64,000 bases of DNA. It comes from Octopus sinensis (lineage: Eukaryota). Positions 39,061 to 52,555 of this stretch are shown one piece after another (positions within the stretch are counted from its first letter, which is position 1; each line of letters starts with the position of its first letter). The notes under the pieces were generated by a model, which saw only the letters and a list, made by a program, of their open reading frames with translations, was not told the DNA's origin and made no database searches. The translations under genes and the position numbers were made by a program. The stretch is from positions 27,280,001 to 27,344,000 of the forward strand of contig NC_043015.1 of assembly GCF_006345805.1 (NCBI RefSeq), in the 5' to 3' direction.

Positions 39061-42000
39061 GATCAATAAAAAGGGAAAACAGCAACAAAACAATAAGAAA
39101 AGATTCTTAGAGAGAATTTAATATTTTTCGTTTTATTTATAGTTTATTTTATTTCAAAGCTTTTGTTCATTTTTAAAACTTATTTTCACATAAATTGACA
39201 GAAAATGTTTCTCTCTGTTTGTTGTTGTAGGAGTGTGAAATTGGCAGAATCATTAAAACAGCATAAGAAATGCTTTGTAACATTTGTCATTGGCTCTTTA
39301 CATTCTGAGTTCAAATTCTCCCATGGTTAACTTTGCCTTTCACCCTTCTGAGGTTGATAAAATCTCAGTGACATTGACAAACCTCTCCATCTCAATTTCA
39401 GGCCTTGTACTGGTATTTGAACCCATTAATGCTGTTGTTTAGCCTTGAGTCAGCCCTGATTAAGCAGACATATGATCAAAGAAGTTCCAGCCATCACTTT
39501 ACCAATGAGATTTTGCCCTTCATTTTTTTCCAAGGTTGGTATGAAGTTCCCTTCAGGGGGAGATTTGTTGCTGTTGTTTAGTGCAATCAATAGGTTTATG
39601 ATCAAAATACCACTTGTGACCATCTCATTTATATTCTACCCTATGCAGGAGTCCAGTCCTCCACTATCCAACATGTCCTTTATTAAGGTAGCAAAGCAGC
39701 TGCTATTTCTAGCTGGTCAAATGACCAAGCAGAGGTACCTTTACTGGTTTGATATGAGGGGAATTTCGTTGATTGGTTGGCAAGACAGATGGATGGCTGG
39801 TTGTGGTGGTGTTGGTGGGGATGTGGATGTCAATAATAGTGTTGGTGGTGATTGTAGTAATGATGTTAAGAGTTATGGTGGAAATGGCATTAAAATTAGT
39901 GGTGGTCATGTTAGGACTGTTGGTAGTGTGATGATGAAGATGATGGCAAATGTTGAGCTCCATGCTAAGCTAAATAAAAAGGACTAAAATCAACAGGGTT
40001 CCAACTATGACCATTTCTCCTCTCATTACCACAACCTCTCACTCTAACCACATCCACCACCACAATCACTCTGTGGTATTCAGTGACATTTCTTCTTTAT
40101 GTTGCTGTTTTGGATTCTGTCAAGTACCAGCTAGTGTTGTTTTGACCTTACTTCTCTTTCTCTCCCTCTCAGTAACAAAGAATTTGCAGACATGAGCCAT
40201 CAATGCTGGAGGAGGGGGAGGAGGATAGACAACAAAATGTCACAAAAAATAAAAGCAAAGAATGGTACTTCCAGTGTTAAGGGAATAAATCAAAGAGTTG
40301 TGTTGATTTGTCTTCTGGTAAATAGTGTTTAGCAAGAAACCCATTGTTGTCTGTGATGTTGTGTAGTTGAGGATATCTGTGTAAGAGGAGACTTATGATG
40401 TCTGCATCACTTCTCACAGCAGCCTGAAATACAAGAGAAGAAGGATGAGGAGTAGCAGCAGCAGTAGTAGTAGGGGTGGTGGGGGTGTAGTATAGTAGTG
40501 TTGGTCACTGAAACAAATTAAAGAACTAAACAATAAGTATTATATGAACAAAGACCCAATGCCAGAAATTTGGAGATAAAGGTTAAGTCTATAGTGACCC
40601 CCAATACATCACTGGTACTTGATTTCATCAGTTCAATGGAGATGAAAGGCTGTAAGTAAAGTGGAGAAAGTATTTTGTCTGATTATTTAAATTATTGTCT
40701 AAATATTCTTTTAATGAACAACAGAAGACAAAGAAGAAATTATCTTTTTATTTTGATAAGGAGTCAAGACATCAGGGTTAGTAGAGAGAGAGAGAGACTG
40801 CTTGAGTAAAAGAACATAATATCAATAAGGAAAAGCACATCACCACCACTAAGTGAGCTACTGATGGACAAAGATTCCTCTCAGATTCAGGATTAGACTA
40901 GAAAACTGCTCTCTCTCTCTCTCTCTCTCAACCTATAAGTGAATGTTAAGTATATGTTCACACACAGCAGTCATTCTCACCAATCTCATCCACTTTTCTG
41001 CAAATTCTCCAGAGGACATCACCTCCCTCTCTATCTTTAGCTTCAGCCCAAGTGGAATAGCAATGAAGGCTTAAACAAAAGGAGAAAATATCTGTCTTCA
41101 AGAACCACAGTGGTGTCCAGCAAACAGTTTCTTTTGCTGTCGCAACCAGACCAAGGAAACCAGTCTGCCCTTCCCAGCCAAAGAAAAGAGATCTTCACAA
41201 TGGAAGCTTTATTTACAACCAGGAATCAATGATTTCTGCTAGAATTGCAAGGCTACAGGTTTTGTGATGTTCCTAGCTGGAACAGCTTGTATAATTGATT
41301 GAGGTCTGATCAATCAGAGCTGGCCTGGGACAAAAGAGATAAACATCAGTAGAAGTAAATAAACAGTGACAACAACAACAATATTCTAATTTAGGCACAA
41401 GGCCAGCAATTTTGAGGAGAGTGAGTTAGTCAATAGCATCCACTCCCAGACTTGATTGGCACTTTATTTTATTAATTTGAAAAGGATGAAAGCAAAGTTG
41501 ACCAAGGCAGGTTCTGAAATCTGAATGTAAAGGGTTGAAATAAATACCACAAAACAATTTTTCTTGATGTCTGGGATCATTTGGTAATGTAGGTGTATGC
41601 AACCTGGACAGCTTGTACAATATAGAGGAACTCAGTAAGATATTCCTTCCATTAAACACACCACTCAGTATACATCATATAATTTCAGAAGAGACCTCAC
41701 TGGCACATTCCAGAATTTCAGCCTGAAAACAATCATCACTACTGATCTTATTAGTGTTAACTTCCCAGGTGTCACTTTCAACTTATTTGCAGATATATCC
41801 AAGGATTACCATAGATTAAAAAAGAAACTTATGTGTTCACAATATGCTATATTAACCATAGGCACAGGCATGGCTGTGTGGTAAGAAGCTTACTTCCCAA
41901 CCGCATGGTTCCAGGTTCAGTCCCACTGCATGACACCTTCAGTAAGCATCTTCTACTATAGTCTCAGGCCAAACAAAGCCTTGTGAGTAGACTTGGTAGA

Positions 42001-42509
42001 TGGAAACTGAAAGAAGTCTGTTGTATATATATATACGTCTATGTTTGTGTTTGTTCTCCATCACTGCTTGACAACCAGTGTTGGTGTGTTTATGTCCCCG
42101 TAACTTAACGGTTCAGCAAAAGAGACCTACAGAATAAGTATTAAGCTTAAAAAATAAGTTCTGGGGTCGATTTGTTCAACTAAAACCCCTTGAAGCAGTG
42201 CTCCAGTATAGCCAGAGTCAAAATGACTGAAAAGAATAAAAGAATACTTTGTCAGTCAGGCATGCTAAAAAAAGAATGCAACCATCTCAAGATACATATA
42301 ACACTAAAAGGAACAAAATACTGATGTTGATATTAACAAGGATGGCGGTTTGATTGAGCAGTTCATGTCCCAACCATGTTATCTATGCATAATCTCGATA
42401 ATTAGTAGCATCAGAAGAAGGGCAACCAAATTTGCATTGTGAAAATAATGAAGATAACTTTGTGTCCCAAGAAGGAAAGGTATCCATAAGTGGACTGGCT
42501 ACATCCCAG

Positions 42510-44712
42510 GTAGAGGCCACGGGTTATGGTCTCACTTGTCCTGCCGGGTCTTCTCACGCACAGCATACTTCCAAAGGTCTCGGTCTCTAGTCATTTCCTT
42601 GGCGAGACCTAAAGTTCGAAGGTCGTGCTTCCCCACCTTGTCTCAAGTTTTCCTGGGTCTACCTCTTCTACAGGTTCCCTCAACCGCTAGGGTGGGGCAC
42701 TTTTTCACACAACTATCTCAATCCATTCTCACCACATGACCATACCAGCGCAAACGCCTCTCTTGCACACCACAACTGATGCTTCTTAGGTCCAACTTTT
42801 CTCTCAAGGTACTTACACTCTGTCGAGTATGAACATTGACATTACACATCCATCGGAGAATACCGGCTTCATTTCTTGTGAGCTTACGCATATCCTCAGC
42901 AGTCACGGCCCATGTTTCACTGCCATGTAGCATGGCTGTTCATACACATGCGTCATACAGTCTGCCTTTTACTCTGAGCGAGAGGCCTTTTGTCTCTAGC
43001 AGAGGTAAGAGCTCTCTGAAATTTGCCCAGGCTATTCTTATTCTAGCAGTTACACTTTCAACACACCCGCCCCCGCTACTGACTTGGTCACCTAGGTAAC
43101 GGAAGCGAACAACTATTTCTAGTTTTTCTCCCTGGAATGTGGCGGAAGTTGGTCTCTGTGCATTTTCAGTTTTTATTGCTCCCGAGTATCTGCCACATAC
43201 AAAAACTATCTTCCTAGTTAGCCTTCCGTTGACTTGGTGCATCTTATAGAGTTTCTACCTATGCCTTTTCTACAGATCAAGCAGGACTATCTACCTGAAG
43301 ACGTTTGTGACTTGTCTACCTTCCTACTTATTAGGACATTGGTTTTAGCTAGGTTGACTCTAAGGCCATTCGATTCTAATCCTTGCTTCCACACCTGAAA
43401 CTTCTCCTCCAGTACTGATAGTGACTCAGCAATTAGAGCAAGGTCATCAGCGTAGAGGAACTCCCAGGGGCATCCTGTCTTGAATTCCTCTGTTATTGCC
43501 TGGAGGACTATGATAAATAGGAGGTGGCTGAGGACTGAACCTTGGTGGACCCCTACCTCTACCCGGAATTCTTCACTGTACTCGCTGCCAACCCTCACCT
43601 TACTAGCAGCATCCCTGTACATGGCTTGCACAGCTCTCACTAACCATTCATCTTTCCCTAGTTTCCTCATTGACCACCAGATAAGGGATCGGGGGACCCT
43701 GTCGAAGGCTTTCTCCATGTCAACGAAAGCTAGGTACAGGGGCTTATCTTTGGCTAGGTATTTCTCCTGCAGCTGTCTTACCAGGAATATGGCATCAGTT
43801 GTACTTTTCCCTGGCACGAACGCAAACTGCATCTGATCTAAACTAACTCTCTCTCTCTAATTAGTTGGGCTATGACCCTCTCCGTAACCTTCATTACCTG
43901 ATCCGTAATTATTTGTATCTAGGGTGTCACCTTTACCTTTGTAGCAGTTGACTAGTATGCTGCTACACCAGTCATTGGGTATGACTCCTTCGTGAATCAC
44001 CTGGTTAACTATATGGGTGACTAGGCTATAGCTGACACTACCAGATATTTTGAGCATCTCTGCAGTAATTCCTAATGGGCCTGGGGCTTTCCCTGTCTTC
44101 AAGCTTCTAATTGTCTTAACTACCAAGGAACTGTCAACTCGGATAGCTGGTCCCTCTGTTGGGTCGACATTTGGCAGACTCTCTGTATCCCATTCATTTT
44201 CTTTATTCAGCAACCTTTCATAGTGGCATCTCCAAACCTCTCTCTTTGCATCCTCATTTAGCGCAAGTGAACCATCATCCATGCGAACACATTTCTCTCC
44301 TACCACATCACGATTCTCTCTCACACACTGTCATGAAACACGAAATACCTCAAGTCTTTGGTCCTCACGGTGCAGAACATTGGCAAATTTTTTCTTATCT
44401 GCTTCCCCTCTGGCTAAATAAACCTGTCTCCTAAATTCTCTTTTGGCAGTCTGATACAATTCCCTGCTACCCGCATTCTTCTAGTCCTTCCAAGTCTGTC
44501 TCTTTTCTCTAATAGCCCTCTCTACAACATAGTTCCACCACCATGTTATTTTAGGTCGAGATGGGACTTTGCACCAACAACAGATCTGGTCAGTGGCTCT
44601 CAGCAGGTTGTCCCTTAGAAACCTCCAGTTGTTTTCTACAATATCCCCTTCTACTTCATATCCCCTTCTACTTCATCAAAGGCTTCAAGTAATATGTCCC
44701 GAAATCTCTGTC
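42510..44712 (-). mobile_element. RTE-clade LINE, 5'-truncated at a TA array, decayed
   Basis: KAPGPLGITAEMLK, QFAFVPGKSTTDAIF, FVDMEKAFDRVP, GVHQGSVLS, LYADDLAL, FRYLGD, RRLRWYGHV; several frameshifts. Confidence 0.92.
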
Positions 44713-44715
44713 CAT

Positions 44716-44963
44716 ATATATACATACATTATATACATATACTATATATACATATATATACATATATATATATATATATCATATATATATATATATAATA
44801 TATAATATATATATATATATATATAACATATATATACATATTATATATATATATACATATATATACATATATTATATATATATATATACATATATATACA
44901 TATATATATATTATATATATACATATATATATACTACATATATATATATACATATATATATAC

Positions 44964-44998
<35 letters not shown>

Positions 44999-46416
44999 CA
45001 TATATATAATATATACATATATATATAATACATATATATATATATATACATACATAATATATATACATATATATTATATATACATATATATACTTACATA
45101 TATATACATATATATATATATACATATATATACATACATATACATACTATATACATATATATACATACATATATATATACATATATATACACATATATAT
45201 ACACATATATATACATATACATACATACATATATATATACATACATACATATATATATACATATATATACATATATATACATACACATATATATACATAC
45301 ATATACATATATATACATACACATATATATACATACATATATATATACATATATATACATGCATATATATATACATATATAAATATACATACATACATAT
45401 ACATACACATATATATACATACATAATACATATATATACATATTATATACATACATACATATATACATATATATATATACATACATACATATATACATAT
45501 ATATATACATACATACGTATATACATATATATATATACATACATATATATATATACATATATATATATATACATATATATATACATATACATACATACAT
45601 ACATACATATATACATACATGCATATATATATACATACATATATATATACATACATATATACATATATATATATACATACATACATGCATATATGTATAT
45701 ACATACATATATACATATATATATATACATACATACATGCATATATATATATACATACATATATATACACATATATATATATATACATACATACATGCAT
45801 ATATATATACATACATATATATACACATATATATATATACATACATACATGCATATATATATACATACATATATATACACATATATATATATACATACAT
45901 ACATGCATATATATACACATACATATATATATACATATATATATATATATAATATATATACATATATATATATACATATATATATATATACATATATATA
46001 TACATATATATATATACATACATATATACATATATATATACATATATATATATACATACATATATACATATAATATACATATATATATATACATACATAT
46101 ACATAAATATATATATATACACATATATACATATATACATATATATACATATTATATATATACATACATATATACATATATATATATACATATATATATA
46201 TATACATATATATATATACATACATATATATATATACATATATATATATATACTATAATATATATATATACTATAATATATATATATAATACATATATAT
46301 ATATATACATATATATATATACATATATATATATATAACATATATATATATACATATATATATATACATATATATATACACATATACATATACATATATA
46401 TATACATATACATATA

Positions 46417-46449
<33 letters not shown>

Positions 46450-46566
46450 ACATATATATATACATATACATATACACATATACATATTATATACATATAT
46501 ATTATATATATATATACATATACACATATACATATATATATACAATATATATATATATATATACAC

Positions 46567-46607
<41 letters not shown>

Positions 46608-46625
46608 ATATATATATATATATAT

Positions 46626-46663
<38 letters not shown>

Positions 46664-46664
46664 T

Positions 46665-46760
<96 letters not shown>

Positions 46761-47160
46761 TACATATATATAATATATATATATAATATATACATATACA
46801 TATATATATATATACATATATATACGTACATATAATATATATATATATACATATATTACGTACATATATGTATATATATATATACATATATAGATATATA
46901 TATATACATATATATACATATATATATACATACATAGATATATACAAATACATATACATACATAGATATATACAAATACATATATATATACATATATATA
47001 TATATACATACATAGATATATACATATACATATATATATATACATACATATATACATATATATTTATATATACATACATATATATATACATATATATTTA
47101 TATATACATACATATATATATATACATATATATATACATATACATATATATACATATATG
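44716..47160. repeat. ~2.4-kb compound (TA)n/(TACA)n microsatellite
   Basis: Almost only A, T and C on the plus strand; source of many spurious ORFs. Confidence 0.97.
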
Positions 47161-47349
47161 AGTATTTAAGTAGACAAAGATAACCGATACTTGGGTAGCA
47201 AACTCATAACAGAAAGAGCACGATTGAAGTTACAACCATAGGGCATAAATTCCGTGCCTTAGTGTGGAAATTTGAAGTTTAATTTAATATAATAAGTATA
47301 GAAGAGAATGGAGCTGAATGAAGATTTAACAAAATTCCCTTATTATTTT

Positions 47350-47435
47350 ATTTTCGACATATGTTTCGAAGTCTGCAAAATCCCTAATTCTGAATGAATA
47401 AGGAGTCCATTGTGTAGCTTTCTCTTCAGGAAAAT
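47350..47435 (-). ncRNA. Type I hammerhead ribozyme, canonical core
   Basis: Minus strand: ATTTTC-CTGAAGA-GAAagCTACA...TGCAGacTTC-GAAAC-ATAT-GTC^GAAAAT. Stem I is 6 bp; stem III is the palindrome ACATATGT. Confidence 0.8.
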
Positions 47436-47872
47436 CCAGGAACTTCTTTCGCCAACAAAATGCACAACAAGTTTTTCGATGACTGCTCATGAAGAGCCCA
47501 TAGCGATAATGATAAATAATGTCTATTTATAGGGGGTGATGTCAGATTGGTTGAAAGTAGGAGAAACTGGCAGTTAAAATAGTTCAAGGGTTCAATTGAG
47601 GTTGGAGAAGGAAGGTAAAAGAATATTAAAGTGAGGGAATGTATTCTGTATGACTGGTGTTTATATTTGATTTATTTTATGAATGAGTGCTCGTATGTAT
47701 GAGTGTGTATAATTGCCTTAATGTGTGTGTGTGTGTCTGTGAATGCGTGAATGTGTGTGTAGAAGGCAGGTCACCCCCCTATAAATAGACATTATTTATT
47801 ATTATCGCTATGGGCTCCTCGTGAGCAGTCATCGAAAAACTTGTGCATTTTGTTGGCGAAAGAAGTTCCTGG

Positions 47873-47958
47873 ATTTTCCTGAACAGAAAGCTGCATAATA
47901 GACTCCTTATTCATTCAGAATTAGGGATTTTGCAGACTTCGAAACATATGTCGAAAAT
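47873..47958 (+). ncRNA. Type I hammerhead ribozyme copy with G8C core mutation
   Basis: ATTTTC-CTGAACA-GAAagCTGCA...TGCAGacTTC-GAAAC-ATAT-GTC^GAAAAT. Confidence 0.65.
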
Positions 47959-48062
47959 AAAATAAGGGAATTTTGTTAAATCTTCGTTCAGCTCCATTCT
48001 TTCCTATGATTTTGATTTTGATTTTTCCAGTTTCAGCTAATGAGCTGTGGCCATGATGGGGC

Positions 48063-48123
48063 ATATATATATATATATATATATAACATATATATATATA
48101 CATACATATATACATATATATAC

Positions 48124-48170
<47 letters not shown>

Positions 48171-48871
48171 CATACAATATATACATATATATTTATATAT
48201 ACATACATATAATATACATATATATTTATATATACATACATATATATACATATATATATACATACATATATACACATATATATATACATACAATATACAC
48301 ATATATATATATACACATACATATTATATACATATATATATATTATATATATACATATATATATAACATACATATATATATATACATATATATATACATA
48401 CATATATATATATACATACATATACACACACACACATATATATTATATATACATACATATATACACATATATATACACACATATATACATATATATATAT
48501 ATACATACATATATACACATATATATACACACATATATACATATATATATATATATACATACATATATACACATATATATACACACATATATATATACAT
48601 ATATATATACATACATATATATATATATACATACATATATACACATATATATACATACATATATACACATATACACACATATATATATACTTATATATAT
48701 ATACATACACATATATATACATACATATATATATACATACATACACATATATATACATACATATATATATACATACATACACATATATATACATACATAT
48801 ATACATACATATATATATATACATACATACATACATATATATATATATATTATATATATATATATATATAT
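48063..48871. repeat. Compound (TA)n/(TACA)n microsatellite
   Basis: Direct low-complexity run. Confidence 0.95.
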
Positions 48872-49549
48872 AATTAATAGTTATCGCCATACTAATATGG
48901 CAATCTTATAAATATAAGACTAAAGCTGTCGATGATTAGCTCCAAGAGGCCACCGCCTCAAGCTAGCTATTTGACACACAAACTGTGTCCATTATAGACC
49001 TTCGAACAGGGGAGGTCAGCTGCTTCATCCTGCTAGTCAGACAGCTGCAGACGCTTTTCAGGGTAGTTGCCCTTTATCAATGCAGTGTAGTCAGACCCAG
49101 CAGGATGAAGCGGCTGACCTCCCCTGTTCGAAAGTCTATAATGGATGCAGATTGTGTGTCAAATAGCTAGCTTGAGGCGGTGGCCTCTTGGAGCTAATTA
49201 TCGACAGCTTTAGTCTTATATTTATAAGATTGCCATATTAGTATGGTGATAACTATTAATTTCTAGTAACGCTGCCGTAATCTCTTTTAGAGAGACTTAG
49301 TAATTTTAATATTTCTATTATTGAAAACAAGTGGATATATTCCACCAAAACTAGGTAAATAGATTCTTCGAACAGGGACGGTCAGTAGCGACACCTGCTG
49401 GGTCTGACTACGCTTGTTTTCAATAATAGAAATATTAAAATTACTAAGTCTCTCTAAAAGAGATTACGGCAGCGTTACTGGAAATTAATAGTTATCGCCA
49501 TACTAATATGGCAATCTTATAAATATAAGACTAAAGCTGTCGATAATTA
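48872..49549. repeat. Three alternating-orientation copies of one repeat, forming two overlapping palindromes
   Basis: 48872-49037 inverts 49097-49262; 49194-49330 inverts 49413-49549. Confidence 0.85.
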
Positions 49550-51172
49550 ACTACAAACACACAGACTCACACTCATACCTAACTTCTCTTCCTCCCACCC
49601 AAAACACACCAAGCTTTCCATCCCCTATTCCCAATTCCTCCGTCTATGTAGGTTCTGTAGTGACGACCATGACTTTGAGACTCAGTCTCAACGCATGGCT
49701 CGCCACTTCATCCTACGTGGATACCTCCTCACTACTATCCACACCGCCCTTGCCAGAGCACGTTCCATAGACCGTGCATCTGCTCTCTCCCCCTGAACCC
49801 GTCCTGTAGTCTTCCGCCTCCCTTATCCCCTCACTTACTACCCCACGACCCTACCTCTCCAACGCACCATTCTTCCAGCTTTCCGGCATCTCCAGTCCGA
49901 CCCGTCTACTTCACACCTCTTCCCTAACCGACCCCTCCCCTCCCTCAAACAAGCCCATAACCTACGAGACCTTTTGGTCCACAGCTCCTTCCCTGACCCT
50001 ACCTCCCAATCTGGCTCGTTCCCCTGCTCCCGCCCACGTTCCCACACTTGCCCTTACCTCTCCAACACCACCCTCCTCACAGGCACCCATCATCGACTCC
50101 TTCACCTGCAACTCCAGCAATATCATCTATTGCATCTCCTGCTCTCTCTGCCATTCCCTGTACATTGGACGAACGGGACGCCGCTTGGCTGACCGGTTCG
50201 CAGAACACCTCCGAGACATCCGCCTTGCCAACGACACACCGGTCTCACGCCATTTCCGCTCCACCGGTCACTCCTTGCAACACCTGTCTGTGTTCGGTTT
50301 GTCCTTGCACAGAGGCCATCCGGATTCCCGTTTGCGCCGTGAACAGGGATTAATCTTCTCTCTTCGCTATTTTACACCATTTGGTCTCAACTCTCCCCCC
50401 CTCGCATCTAACCTTCCCCCGACTCCTGCTTCTCTTCGGTCCATCTTTTCACCCCTACTCTCTTTCCCTCCTCTTCTTCCCTCTTCCCCTTCTCTCTGCT
50501 CCCTCACTCCCCTTCTCTCCCCATCTATCCTCCCCTCCTCCTATCCCCTCCTTTCCCATCCCCCTCCTCTTCTCCTCTCCTTCCTTCTCCCCCTTCCCCC
50601 TCCCCCTCTTTCCTTCTCCCTCCTCTTTCCTTCTCCTCCCCCTCCTCCCACTCACCCTCATCTCTCACCCCTCCTCCCTCCTCTTTCCTTCTCCCCCTCT
50701 TCCCCTCTCCCCCTCCCCCTTATCTCCCCCCTCTCCTACCCCACTCTCTCTCACTCTCCCCCTCATCTCCACTTCTACACTACACCATTACACATCACAT
50801 CATACATACATACACATGTCCAGACCTTTCATATGCACCACATACTCTCACATACACACACGCACCCTTATGTTGGGGCAAAGTCATTTGACCCTGTTAT
50901 CTCCCCTATTTTCGCTCTTGCGTCTCACGTTTGATCTCTGACTTCTGGCCAGAATCAGATCGCCATGTTGAATCGCTAACTTCTGCATGCACTTTTTTCT
51001 CTCCTTGTTTCTTTCCGTGTTTCTTTTCTGTGTATCTTTCTGTTGAAGATCGTAGGCTCGAAACGTAAAAGACTTGTTTTATTTATATTCCTCAGTGCCA
51101 TACTAATACAATTGTTTGTTTGTACTCCACCTGCCTTCGTCTTTTGCTTATTTTCATAAAGCTTCCCGTCAT
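49550..51172 (+). mobile_element. 5'-truncated Penelope-like element (Neptune-like): RT thumb, GIY-YIG, pyrimidine tract, pLTR
   Basis: TDSHSYL, SIPYSQFLRL..CSDD.DF, RGY, NLRDLLVHS, IIYCISC..LYIGRTGRRLADRFAEH...PVSRHF, REQGLIF.L..FTPFGLN. The terminal pLTR sequence recurs reversed at ~2890-2930 and partially at ~1490-1550. Confidence 0.9.
51035..51072 (+). ncRNA. Minimal hammerhead-like motif with CUGUUGA core in the PLE pLTR
   Basis: TCTTT-CTGTTGA-A-GATC gtag GCTC-GAAAC-GTA^AAAGA. Confidence 0.55.
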
Positions 51173-51178
51173 ATATAT

Positions 51179-51209
<31 letters not shown>

Positions 51210-51267
51210 CTAGCAGAGATACCTGGCGTTGCCCGGTTACATTCAATAGAAGAATTAGTTTTTTCTG

Positions 51268-51303
<36 letters not shown>

Positions 51304-52555
51304 ATACACAAACACACACACACAAATATATGTATATTAATATAAATACATGAAAGTACATGAAGTTTGTTAAAAAAAACGGGATCATGTATATACCTCC
51401 TGGCTGTTGAGATTTTCATACCTCGTTGTAAACAATGTTCCTTGTTTTTCCTTGTGGAGAATATACAAAAAGGTTTCTTTTGGTTCCTACTCTTAAGCAG
51501 CCAACATACAGTTGCCTATGCGAGAAGCAGGGCTCTTCCAAGAGAAGACCAGCTACAGAGAGGATTTGACCTTGAGATTTGTTAATGGACATGGCAAAGC
51601 TGACACGAAGGGGAAATTGCAGTCTTCTGAATGTAAATGGAATTTCTGCTCCTGATGGAGTAAGAGGAAATCTTGGAATAAAGACGTCATCACCTTTTCC
51701 ACATCCAGAAAGAATGATCGCCTCGATAACATGTGACATCATTTTCTTTATCACCAGTCATGTTCCATTGCAAAGTCTTGGTGGTTCCAGATTGTGGAGT
51801 AGCATTACAGAAGTTCCAACTTTAAGTGGTAATATGTGTGGAGGTAGTCGAGGAGGGTCCAGTGAATTGAGAAATTTAGGAGGATAGTTCACAACTTCAT
51901 TTATATCTGGAATTGTATCAACAGACTTGTAAGTGTGTATAGTGCCGGGAAGAGAATGCATTAGCTGTTGATTAATTTTGTTAACAGTGACATTTTTTGG
52001 AGCTAATATTGCTCTTTCACACAGCCAATTGTGATTTTGGTAGTTTTGTGTGAAGTTGGGAAAGACTTTGTTTTTGAGGTCATCTACAGAATTAACAGAG
52101 GAAAATGACCACACTTCCATTTGTCCTGCAGCATCGAGAGGCATCTTGCCTTCACCAAGTGTCAAAATGTCCTGTGCAAACTTTGTGGACATTTTGTTGC
52201 CATGTAGCTGAGCTCTCATGTTAGTGGTGAGACTAAAGATTGTAACATGATGCCACAGGGTAGAGGACTTTAGGCATGCTTGAACTTCATCAGCTCTAGT
52301 GCCTTTCGGAATGACAGGAAGAGTTTGCCTGAAATCACCTGACAACAGAAGCGTTACACCTCCCATTGGAGCCTGACAGTCTCGGATGTCTTTCAGGGCT
52401 CTATCAAAGCTCCCTTGTGAGCCACAGTGCACTCATCCCAGACAATTACATAACACATTTCAAGTACTTGTCCCTGATCTGAGCTTTTGTTGATGTTGCA
52501 TGAAGGCATTTGAGTGTCGTAGGTTGTTTCACGAATGACAGCAGTGGGGAGGCTA
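51210..52555 (-). mobile_element. Helitron 3' portion with PIF1-like helicase remnant and canonical 3' end
   Basis: IVWDEC, LLSGDFRQTLPV, LTTNMR, ERAILAPKN, LCNGT, RLQFPLRVSFAMSINKSQGQ. Terminal hairpin at 51222-51236, then CTAG (51210-51213) followed by T. Confidence 0.92.

Larger units (their letters stand above)
47305..48000. mobile_element. Inverted pair of ~230-bp pLTR-like repeats
   Basis: 47305-47539 is the reverse complement of 47771-48000; each arm contains a hammerhead motif. Confidence 0.8.

Noticed and set aside
39472-39987. 171-aa ORF
   Set aside because: No family motif; the second half comes from imperfect (GGT/GAT) repeats.
44729-48890. Long ORFs up to 665 aa rich in Y/I/M/C/V/H/T
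   Set aside because: These are translations of (TA)n/(TACA)n microsatellite, which lacks stop codons in several frames. The same applies to similar ORFs throughout the window.
49440-49500. CTAAAAGA...GGAAATTAATAGTT as a possible hammerhead
   Set aside because: Core and stems are too degenerate to support the call.
50400-50934. P/L/S-rich extension of the 249-aa ORF
   Set aside because: Read-through into a polypyrimidine tract after the GIY-YIG end; only the N-terminal part is real PLE coding sequence.
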